From assembly GCA_965235115.1 (NCBI GenBank), contig OZ249436.1, positions 54,128,001-54,192,000 on the forward strand: a DNA stretch of 64,000 bases. Direction: 5' to 3'. The position numbers were made by a program, and so were the translations under genes. Of this stretch, positions 27,301 through 39,300 are shown one piece after another. The DNA is from Laetmonice hystrix. Lineage: Eukaryota. Each line of letters opens with the position of its first letter. Positions within the stretch are counted from its first letter, which is position 1. The notes beneath the pieces were generated by a model. That model was given only the letters and a program-made list of their open reading frames with translations, was not told where the DNA came from and searched no databases.

Positions 27301-30300
27301 GAGGAAAGGTTTTAAGGGTTCTTTGAAATGTTGAGGGTTCTATGTAGAACTCTTCTAGAAAAAAGGGTTCCATACAAGAAACCAAGCACGAGTTGACCCT
27401 CAACCCCGACGTGTCATAAAAGGGGCCTACATATGAACGCCGGCTAATACGACCATGGCATAGATTAATAATAATATTAATACAGTCTTTGTCATATGGT
27501 GATGAGTGGAAGGTCAAATAGTTGCCTAATTAGGCCCCCATGAAGTGTGGTTCGTTAACATTTGTCTAGGAAACACCATCTTTGCAGGCCAGAAGACGTT
27601 ATGTTAACTCCTTGGTTGAGACAGTCGATATTTTCAGACGGAGTAGCTTAGGCTGCAGACGTTTGAACTTTTATACAAATGAACCTGTGAATTCACCTGG
27701 CCATAAGGTTCGCACCAACTGGTTCCAAACTAGTTTAGATCCAGTATTGGCTTATTTTATGTCTATTTTGGACAAAAAAGTTCTTTATAGAACCCCTGGG
27801 GATTGGTTCTTTGAACAACCTTTTGTTTGAAGTTCCCGGAAGAACTAAGGAAAGTGAAGATAATGGTTCTGCGAATAACCTTTTGAAGTTTCCTGAAGAA
27901 CCTACATAGGTTCTACATGGAACCTTATATCTGTCCGATTTGGGGTTCCACAGGGAACCTAGATGTAAGGTTCTGTGAAGAACCCAACTGGGTTCCGAAT
28001 ACGTGCCAAGGCATAGAACCCAGAAAGGTTCCAATCAGAACCATTTATTCTAAGAGTGCACCCACCCAAATGATGTCATAGGATAAGATATAGATTTTGT
28101 CATGACTTATATTAAAACATTCGTTGGAATCTTTAAAAATAGGATAACCTTCCACTCAAAGGGTATACATTGACGTATTTGTAATATGTCTAGAAAGTTA
28201 CATCGGACTCCCTTGGTATGGAGATCAGTATGTGACATAAAGCCAGAGTCAGGTGTTAGTAAGTCAGAAATGTAAAGTACACCCATATTAATCCACTGTT
28301 TCCAACAAAAGTAAGTCAGAAATGTAAAGTACACCCATATTAATCCACTGTTTCCAACAAAAGGGTTTTTTGCCAATTAATAGAGAATTGTTATTCCAAA
28401 TATATTGTTTGAGAATAATGTTCCCGATTGGTGGGGTTAACATTCTTTATATCGTTCCAGAAGGTTAATAACTCCCTATAAAAGGGAGGCAGCGCTTTCA
28501 AGTCACAATATCTGTATATTGGAAAAAATGGAATGGTTTTGTGAGACCTGGCTTACCTGTTAAAATCCACCATTTTCAAACCACCATTATCTATCGTTTA
28601 AGTGCTGACACCTTTGGCAACTTTTGACCTACCACCACTCCATAAAAAGTCATATAACAGTTCTTCTACTTCAACGATAACATTTTTGGCTACGCTAATT
28701 ATTTAAGCCATATAAATAAAAGGAGAGATGGCAAGCGAATTAATTACAGTGATCTTTCCTTTTATTTAGAGATTTCTCTGACGCAAAAAGTTAAGTAAGT
28801 TACGGAGATTAGTGATCTTAGTTTCGAAGTTTATCTTTATCTTGTATGATTCAAACTCATTGCGTACAAAAGTAACACCAGTGAACTGTATATTTCCGTT
28901 GGTCCATATAATACCAAAAAGATTGGGCGTTTATATTTGGTGGAGCATTGATCCATTTTGCCACCGTTTTGTTTAAGTTAATTTTTAAGCCTGCGCATTA
29001 GAAAAATAAGTCTAAGATTTTAGGAGCATTCTTTAGGGACTCACAATCAAGGAGAATTAGTGTAGTATCATCAGCAGCTTGAGTAATTTTAATTTCGTAA
29101 TCATTTCTAAAGACACCTTTTACATCTTTATCTTTTCTTATGTTAGAAGCTATGGAAGCTAGTTATGGAAAATAGGGCCAAAATAAAAGGCCTGAAGGGT
29201 TTTATTAATGAAGGTCCAGGAGACAGTATGGAAAGCCTTTTCAAAATCGACCGTAGTTATAATGCAGGATAATCCGCGTGTTTGTGCAATGGACAGTATA
29301 TCGTGTATATCACACGGATATGTTCACCAATGAAACGACCTTTGATATAAGCGGTCTGATCCGCGCTAATAATATCTGGTAAAATGGCACAGAGACGAGC
29401 AGTGAGTGTTTTAGCAATAGTCGGTATTAAGGAGAGAGATAGGTCTCCAGTTAGTTATGAATAGTTTATTTTTGCCCTTTTGGGGATTAGGGTTATGACT
29501 CCACGCTTCTGCTCCATAGAAAGATGTCCAGCAGAGTAGGCATAATTTAGTGAGGAAAAGACAAGGTTATTGGTGTCTGTCCAGAAGAATTTGTAAAATT
29601 CAGCAGGGAGACCATCAGAGCCAGGTGTTTTATTGTTTTTCACCAGTTTCAAGTTCTCGAGGAGTTCCTTATGTAACAAGATGTCTTTACATCACGTTTC
29701 TTTGTATTAATGCCAGCGTCTTCGTAGGAAAGGGCTGAAGCTGTATCCTCACTGGACGCGTGCGACGCGAGCGACGCGCGCGTTTTTTAAAGTAATGGAA
29801 ATGAATGGAGCGCGTCACAAAAAATGTCGCGCGCGCGAAGTGCAGATGGCTCCATTCATTTCCATTACTTCTAAAATAGAAGTAATGCGGCGCGATATTT
29901 TTTCTATCTTCACCAGATGCGCGTGATACGTCTGCGTATCGGCTACGGGCCTAGGAACATAGAGGTATTTACATTATGCCCGTCTATCAATTGCGGGTCC
30001 CGGATATCACTAAAGCCTAAAGGGGGAGGGGGCACAGGAAAGCAATTCATAATTGTTTGCATTACGAATTAAAGCTCATGCTCTTGAATGAGAGTTCTAG
30101 AGGTAGGCCTATAGGCCTACATAATAGCTCGGGGCTTCCATGAGATACACCGTCAGTGTTAAAATTAATTAAAAATGAGTAGGCTATAGGCGTGTATAGG
30201 TGTATATTAGTCTCTTGACACTCTTGAACAAAGTTCAAGGTCGTAGATCTCACTTTTGATTGGTCAAGATGTCTTTTGTCGCGCGCGTAGCGCGACAAAA

Positions 30301-33300
30301 ATAGAACCAGTCCTATCGGTGTCGCGACGCGCGCGTCACAAAAAATGACGCGCGCGTCGCGCGCGGCCAGTGCAGATGGCTCAATTCATTTCCATTACTT
30401 CTTAAAAAAAACGCGCGCGTCGCTCGCGTCGCTCGCGTCGCACGCGTCCAGTGAGGATACAGCTTAACCAGACGGAAAATTTCATATTGAATTCATGTAC
30501 TATCATCCAAAATGATACAAAAGTAAATCTCAGAGATGCAAATACAAATTTTATCTGAATCTTACACCAAATAGTATTGGACAGGGGCGGATTTAGGGGG
30601 CGAGGGGTACCAATCAGAAAAAAAGCAAAATTGTGTTGTTTGCAACTGTAAAAGCAAACATTTTGCTTCCTTAGAATGCAGGAAATACCATTTCAGAGAC
30701 TCTATAAATGTTCAAAATTTCCGGGGAGCATGCCCCCGCCCCCCCCCCCCTAGCAGGGCTCAGCCCCCCTTTTTCAACCACCCCCCCCCTTTCCAAAATC
30801 CTGGATCCGCCCCTGTTGGATAGGAAGTAATTCTATGCTTCATAGGAAGTATAGAACCCGTTATGGCCATTCCTGATACATGGTTACGAGTGTTATAAGC
30901 TAAATCCTTTGTATTAATGGGGGCATATCTTGGTAAAATGTAACACTGTAAAACAGTGATTAAGCTACTACTTTGGAATGTCTATCATACCAAATTTATT
31001 TACCTTTGGGTAGTACTACAAGATGGTACTAGTGACAATTTGCCCCCCAAACTGGTACCGATCAACCTATCTGGCTCATGGACTAATAGGGGCATAATAG
31101 CTCGGTACCCTTCAGAGCCCCCAAAAACTACTACCAAATGACATCTTCTTGGCATCATTCATGTAATTGTTTCGGCATTACAAATTACAGCACGCAACTT
31201 TTCCTTTCGTTCTGTACCCGCGGGGTGCCTTCATAAATTACCTATTGGACCTTTGAATTTCTAAAAAAAAAAGAAGATATTACAGAAAAAAGGTATTGAC
31301 AAAAAGGTAGAATGAATAGCGTGAAAACTGACAGATGACGGATTAGGTTAGGTGTCTTGTTGGTTTGACGTAGATGTCGAATCTTCCCACGTCCATATGA
31401 CGAATTTGGTTAGGTGTCTTGCTGGTTTGACGGAGATGTTGAATCTTCCCACGTCCATGTCTGCAGCAAGTCCTGCGTGCCCCCACCCCGCCCGGCAGAG
31501 TGCATGCCAAGCCATGCCTTCGTTTAAATAACGTCTGGCGTAACATCATGCAACAGACACGCCCCGTGTAATAAAGAAACCGACTGATGCGGCACCAGGC
31601 AAAAAGATGCCACACAGATAGCTGCCGATTTATTGGCTTTAATCTGCTCGATTCACCTATCGCCATCAATGTAATCGTCGATCTAATGTGGTTCGGGTGT
31701 GTATAGTGCTGTCTCCTTGTGTGGCTGCTGTCTATACGTCAGGTCTGGGCCGATCGAGTGAGAGGTGGGCTTACGCTGGGAGAGGAAACACACGTGACTG
31801 CCTTGTTTGGCCCATAATGCAGGAATCCTACAGGGGGAACTAGTAACATGTTGGGATAGAGTGTGGACGGACCCACAGAAGGTGGGTTAGAAAAGGCACC
31901 GGAGCATATCATAGGACATGACCTGATATACTTCAGCATGCAAGTGTACTGAACCAAGTGTGTGTATATACGTTCGGCGAGGAGAGACATCAAGGCAGGC
32001 AATTGCAGCGTGTGGGAGGGTCAACTCGGAGGTGGTGGAGGGGAACATTTCTCAAGTAGGGGCTACCCCGAGCAATCAGCAATATCGGCCAGTTGTGTCG
32101 GAATCCATCAGAAACATCACCACATGGTCGCAGTCAACAACCGACCAACACCCTGGGTTCGGCGGCCAGGTGGCGACAACCAAGCCTGAAGGTGCTGGGT
32201 TTGTTATAACATTAGCAGTGGCGTACACCTTATTACACATGGGATGATTAACAACTAAGTACACCTTCACACGGCTACATCCCACATGGATTATACTGGG
32301 CCTATATCTGCCCTGGGTCTGGATGGTACGTGCAGTGTGTAGTAGGAGACATGTGCGGAGTTTACAAGTTCGCGGTACACAAACGTCAACACTCTGGAAT
32401 ACTCTACTCATGATGAGTGACATCAAGAGGACAGGATCACCTCGGAGCTGGGCAAGTCTTCAACATCTCAACTAGTAGCGACGCCTTGCTGAAGGTTGGA
32501 ACCGTAAAATGGACACATGTAAGTGTGAAGATAGCGGTCTGTTTAAAGGAAAGAAAGCAGGCCATAAAAGTTGAGTTAATGCTAATGATCCCACTTGACA
32601 AGGTAGAGCTCGAACCATGAACATGACCCCCAGCGGCGAAACAACAGCCGGTCAAGATTGGTTTCCTTCAGACTTCACCTTTGATCTGTGAAATACAGAG
32701 TACCAGGGGCCATTCAGAATAACTTACATAGACATATATATGTCTGTTCTCAAACCCTAACTGATAGCCGGAAATGATGTAGGTATCAGCGTTGGTTAGC
32801 TCATAGTCCTAGTGTATACTCGAGGGTTAGGGTGGTGTGGTGGCTACGGCCCTGTGGTAGCTATACGGTCCATAGATTCTATCACTGTGCCGGGTAAGGT
32901 TCCATTGACAGGTGTAGGCCCTATCGCTGGAACATTTAAATCGACCCCTTGTCCAAGGCGTGCCGTCCGAGCACCTGTTGCCCGGGCGTGTGGGCCTTCC
33001 AACATACTGACCGCCCCCGCCCAACGTATGCCCTCAGGTATAGTATCCCGCCAGGCCCGTATATTACTGTCAGGGTGGGACGCATCCAGTTACTCTGTGT
33101 CAGTGTCCAGAGCAAGAAACAATTACCACATCCCAATCCACTGCAATATCACTTTCAGCATGCCATTCTGAATTTTACCAATGAAGGGGTAATATTTCAG
33201 GAACGCAGGTCAATATGATGCAGTGCTATTGCTATTGTTAGCTGGTTGTCTCTGTATGAAACCTTTAAATAGCCGTTGAGACTGATGTAAGAAGTTGAGG

Positions 33301-36300
33301 ATGTAGGGCAGAAGGACGTCCTGAGGCATGGGGACCAAGGGGAATTGTAATCGCCTGACTGTAATTATTTCGTCCAGTTCCAGGTTCACAGCGTTCCTCA
33401 GCCTAGCAGGAGCCCATTGTTCATCAGACGTCAGTAGTAGCTTGCATGAGTCAGACGGAATGCAGGCCGGTGGGGAGGGTAGATGGCCAGGGACGTACGG
33501 TGTCCAGAAATGGACCGTCAAGCCCCCTCCTTCAGCGACCGCTGGCACCCCCTTATAACCTCTCAGTGGTATACAATCGAGCGGTAGCGGCAAGCTGCAC
33601 CATTGTTGTGAGTTGTACACGCAGGCACATATATACAGACGATGGGTTTCTGGACGAGAAGACATGTGACGCACACCCTTCCCACACCGGCGACGGTTAG
33701 CTTTGTCTGATACTATGACGGACGGGCGGCGTGGCTGCCACCAACTCAGTGAACAACTTCTAACCGTGTTCGTCGTTTGGTTTCATTGTAGACATCCGCA
33801 ACTCGTACAGCTCCTCCAACCTGAAGATGTATACCCAGTTGGAGGACCTGATCCACTTGTCGGAGCCGTTAACAGAGGAAGCTGTCATCAAGACTCTACA
33901 GGCACGTTTCTACAACGGCCATTATTATGTAAGTCATTCTTATCCTTACCATTGTGGTTACATGTATACCCAGGTGGAGGCAGTTCGCTGAAAAACATAA
34001 GGTCAACCCTATGCCCATCAGGCATCTTCCTTTTTACGATAACGCCCTCTTGACATTTGCCTTGAGCTGAATTGACAGCAGCAGCAATCTGAAAGTGTAT
34101 ACGATTTCGATTTTTGACTGTAGTATGTGCACTTTATTCATTATGTCTATCAGAAAGTATAAACTAATTGGCAGCACAAGGGAAAGAAGTCGGCGTATGT
34201 TTTTGTTTTCATTGTGGCCTGTGATCATTGACCGGGTAGGCTGATTTCGATCTAATGTTGGCTTGCCTTGATTTTAAAGTGTGACTATCCTTCCAAAATC
34301 TAAAAGAAATGTTAGATAAAATAACTTTGGTAGTAAAATTCAACTAAGAAGGCTTCGGGATTATTGTAATTTACTAATTACAGGTATTGAGGTTAACCTT
34401 GTATTCAGGAAGAGAAGCTTCAAGATCAGTGTCATTTGTCACCATAATATAAAGCCATCACACCTCAATAATTGGCTTCAAACCATGCATTGAATACCAA
34501 GAGCTTGTTCCTGTATTGTCGCTTCAGGGTCCTGGGCGTGTTAAAAAGATTAAGTAAATTAAACACATACAATGAACCTGTCGGGCAGACTCACTAACAG
34601 GTCCTTTGTATTGGGTAATTATCGACACCATTGTCTCTGCTGCCGACCCATTGTAAATGAAAAATATCAATACCAAACATTTTTAGATAAAAGAAGACAT
34701 AACCATGAGATCCTAGAAAGGGAAATCATGTCTCATTGTAGGTTTCCAATCGAGAAATCACAAAAGGTGGTCAATGAAGTACTGTGAGGTTGGGTGCGAC
34801 GTAACAATAGTTCCTATACGGGTCCTTTCAGATCATGAAAGGCCATGGTTGTATTGCGTGTTCAGAAGTCCGGAACATTTGTTTTAGATTGACAATTGAC
34901 GTTAAAAGGTTCTGTAAATGAAAGGTTTTCACGCTGTTAAGTACTGAATCGTTTTTTTTACTTTAGTTCTAATATTATGGCCAAACCAGCCTTGAAAAGT
35001 TGCTTTGAAAAAGTCTTTGGAGATGAGAAAGTCCGGTAATGGCGACGGATGTACAACAAACTTGGAAGTATGGTGAAGTGATTTAGAACCGAGCCACAAC
35101 CTGAAACAAAGTTGATTTTAAAGAGGCATCATCGCGGTATAAAGTTCCTCAGCCTGTAGAGTGGACAGATAATGTAGGTGTTGCCTTTAGATAAAAATGT
35201 TAGAATGTTGTTTCAACCCAAACTGTGAAGCAAGTGGGGAAAAAAGAATTAGAATGGAGCAAAATTGGATGAACACGTTAGAAAATAAACAGTTCTGTCG
35301 CAGCATTATGAAGAAGGAGATGCTAACCGTATGGGGGTCACGTAGCCTTGACATTGGGCGGCTCAGTTGCAGATGTAAAGCACGTAAAGTAAAGATACGC
35401 ATTGTAAAGCTACGAGCTATGGGACTCCTATGTATATGCTTCGGACAGCAATTCCGACACCAAGGTAAATAAGTCAACATCATACTGTTGCTTTTAAGGC
35501 GTCTGGCGGTGGCCCTTCTTAGTATGGCTGAGAAAGGCCTTGCAGGAATTAAAGTTGTTGTCAGCCAAAAGAAAAAAACTGTCCTTTGCCAATGGCATGT
35601 TTTGTACATACATGTGAGAAGTAAGAAGACAATGATGCCATGCACTTATTGTTGCATGGAGATATGAAGAAAAAGATTCTGAAACTGAATTTCAAAGAAC
35701 ACTCGCTTAACTTTGAAAATGGGGACTCTATAGGTACAATACTTGTAATGATCTATTACTCTCTTGTGATAAGTCGACGAAGAATATAGGAGGCCTTTTT
35801 ACGGTTGGGGATGGGTCTGGGTTGGATCAGCTTCATAATGGGTGAATGTAGCTCTATCAAATCAGTATGAAACTAAATTCATCTTCTAAAGGCAGGAAGG
35901 CATGATCAAGCATGTTATAAGAAGGCGCGTTCATAATTAAACTGACAGCAAACAAGAAGATAGCAGATGTATATATTATTAATCAAGAGAAGTAGGTTTC
36001 CTAGTTTCATAATATTTTCTCTCAACTCTCCTGTATAAAAATGTGATGTGACCTGTATGATTAAAATGCTGCACCTATCAATCCTGGTGCCAAATGGGCG
36101 GTAAACAGATGAGGATCCTTTTACCCGTGCATGCCATCCTTGTTTAGTCAGGTGGAAATTTCTTAGTTGGTTTAGCATTAACTTCGCCTTTGTTTGAGCT
36201 TGAACAGTTAAGTAGCTTGGCACATACTGACACAGGGTGAAATAATAGTACCTTTCAATCAGCTTACTTGTGTACTTGTACAGCAATAATTGAGGAGACG

Positions 36301-39300
36301 GTGTTTACATTCCGGATATCAAATTTCTCACCGCCAATTAAGGTATAACTGACGGTAAGGCATGGAGACCGTCAGGGTATGGGAAGTTCTAGAACCGGTA
36401 GACGCTGACAGCGGCGACGTCGGCGGACCAGCCCTCCGTCTGCCCATGCTTACACAAAGACCAACCTAAGCAGAAGCGTTAATCTACAGAACAAAGTGTG
36501 AAGTGTTCATCCAAAGCTTTCTGGGTCGGTTTACAATAACATGACAGTGCAGCCTTTTTAAAGGACCTACGTATTTACATTTCACTTTGTGGCATTGAAA
36601 GGTTATGTAATTGGTGGGTGGGTGGGGGGGGGTGGGGGGGGGGGTCACAGGCCTCTTAAGGTTCAACGATAAAGAATCTAGACATGTTTTTTACAGTGCC
36701 CTCAGTGGCTGAATTAAAAGGAAGCTTTCATGGCGTTGGGGTTTCACAAGTCTGATCCGGAAAAAGTCCAGTCCGGATTGGAAGCTTCACTAAAGTTAAT
36801 TAAAAGGGGAAAACAGTGAGAAAATATTTCAGTGTAGGCAATCCAACTAATTATCCCATCCCCTATCCAGGGGATGGGATCTAGAAATTGTGTGGTTTCG
36901 GTTTCCGTATTATATGCGTAGTAGTAGTAGTAGTAGTAAACAATTGTTAACAGGGGTCATAACTCGGTCGATTTTAAAGATATCTAAGTCAAACTTGGTG
37001 GGCATGTTGCCAGTCACGAACTCTGATCGGACAATGAGTCATGACGCCACATGACGTAACGTCATGACGTCGTGACGTCATTCGTGTTGTGACTATTGGG
37101 ACGGTTTTCAAAGTCAATATGGATACTTTCCAGGAACTGATGACACTGCCAGAATTGGGCAAGGACCTAATTCATATTTTACAATTTTTTTGACCTTTGA
37201 CCTTTGACATGTCTTAAAGCTAGGTCAAAGGTCAGAAAATGCTTAAATCCCTACTTGTTCCTCAATTTTCATTAGAATTTTATGAAATTGCACAGGGATA
37301 GTCTCAAAGAAGAGCTTCAAAAGAATCCGCTTTGCTACAATTAATTTGACCTATATTCGCTGAGTCACGTGACCTCAAAATTTTGGATGGTGGTCAATTT
37401 GGCTATCTATGGCTATAACTCATAAAGGGTGCCAGAAAGGGCCATAGTTACTATTGAACACGAATAGGAAGTCATGCATGCTCTTTCAATTGAGGCCAAG
37501 TTTGATGACGTCGCGTGACGTACGACGTCAATATGACGTCATCAATATTTTCTAGGGCCTATAACTCCTAAACGGTGGGAGATAAAGCCATGTTTACTAT
37601 TGGACATGAATAGGAAGTCATACATGCTCTTTCAATTGACACCAACATTTATTAGGTAGCGTGACGTATGACGTCATAATGACGTCATTGGTATCTTCTA
37701 TGGCCTATAAGTCGAAAACAGTGCAAGATAGGACCATAGTTACCATTGAACACGTATAGGAAGTCATACATGCTCTTTCAATTGAAGCCAAGTTTGATGA
37801 CGTAGCGTGACGTATGACGTCATAATGACATCAATATTTTCTAGGGACTATAACTCTTAAACGGTGGGAGATAGAGCCATGGTTACTATTGAACACAAAT
37901 AGGAAGTCATGGATGCTCTTTCAACTGAGGCCAAGTTTAATGACGTAGCATGACGTATGACGTCATAATGATGTCATTGGTATCTTCTATGGCCTATAAC
38001 TCAAGAACGGTGCAAGATAGGACCATAGTTACTATTGAAGACAAATAGGAAGTCATATCCCTTTTATTTAAAGCCAAGTTTGATGACGTAGTGTGACGTA
38101 TGACGTCATAATTACGTCATCAATATTTTCTAAGGCCTATAACTCCTAAACGGTGGGAGATAAAACCATGGTTACTATTGGACATGAATATGAAGTCATA
38201 CATGCTCTTTCAAATGACACCAACATTTATTAGGTAGCGTGACGTATGACGTCATAATGACGTCATTTGTATCCTCTATGGCCTATAACTCGAGAACGGT
38301 ACAAGATAGGGTCATAGTTACCATTGAACACGAATAGGAAGTCATGCGTGCTCTTTTGATTGACACCAAGTTAAAGGATGTAGCGTGACGTATGACGTCA
38401 TAATGACGTCATCAATATTTTCTAAGGCCTATAACTCCTAAACAGTGGGAGATAAAGGCATGGTTACTATTGAACATGAATAGGAAGTCATATCTGCACT
38501 TTCAAATGACACCATTATTTATTAGGTAGCGTGACGTATGACGTCATAATTACGTCATTGTATCTTCTACGGCCTATAACTCAAGAACGGTGGGAGATAG
38601 AGCCATGGTTACTATTAAACATGAATAGCCTAGGAAGTCATAGATGCTCTTTTAATTGACACCAACATTTATAAGATAGCGTGATGTATGACGTCATAAT
38701 GACGTCATTGGTGTCTTCTATGGCCTATAATTCAAGAACGGTGCAAGATAGGACCATAATTACTTTTAAACACAAACAGAAAGTCGTATGCCATTTTATT
38801 CGAAGCCAAGTTTGATGACGTAGTGTGTCGTATGACGTCATAATGACATCATCAATATTTTCTAGGGCCTTTAACTCCTAACTGGTGGGAGATAAAACCA
38901 TGGTTACTATTGAACATGAATAGGAAATCATACATGCTCTTTCAATTGACACCAACATTTATAAACGTCATAATGACCTTATTAAGTCATAGGGACATGC
39001 CCCCCAAGGGATGGGATCCATCGTGGTTTTATCCACGACAGGTCTAGTTCATGTCTAAAGGTATCCTGTATTCGACTGTCGCAGTGAGGATTTGTCCTAT
39101 CAGACCCAGGGCTGGTTCCTGCGGTTGTGTGCTCAACGAAAACGACAGCTTTGGTAAGAACGGTCTAATGCGTGTGGTGAGGTTGAACAGCGAGTACGCG
39201 ACATAGGCCAGTCGGCATTTTAAGATGTCCATTACATTATACCTTTAAGGCTACACTAAGGTGTTGTCAAGCTTCTAGGGTGTCTTTTTGCCGGAGTTAT

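Larger units (their letters stand above)
26579..28068 (+). mobile_element. 5'-truncated copy of the SINE at 2147, interrupted by two insertions
   Basis: Matches 2300-2419 in three pieces (26579-26641, 26767-26820, 28059-28068). Confidence 0.85.
26089..31085. mobile_element. Academ-like non-autonomous TIR element hosting nested insertions
   Basis: ~50-bp imperfect TIRs: TAGTCCATGAGCCAGAT..ATCGGTACCAGTTTGGGGGGCAAATT and its reverse complement at ~31037-31085. TAG...CTA termini and 3-bp TSD ATA on both sides. Confidence 0.75.

Noticed and set aside
28258..28361. 52-bp direct duplication
   Set aside because: Local slippage inside a dead LINE; no functional implication.
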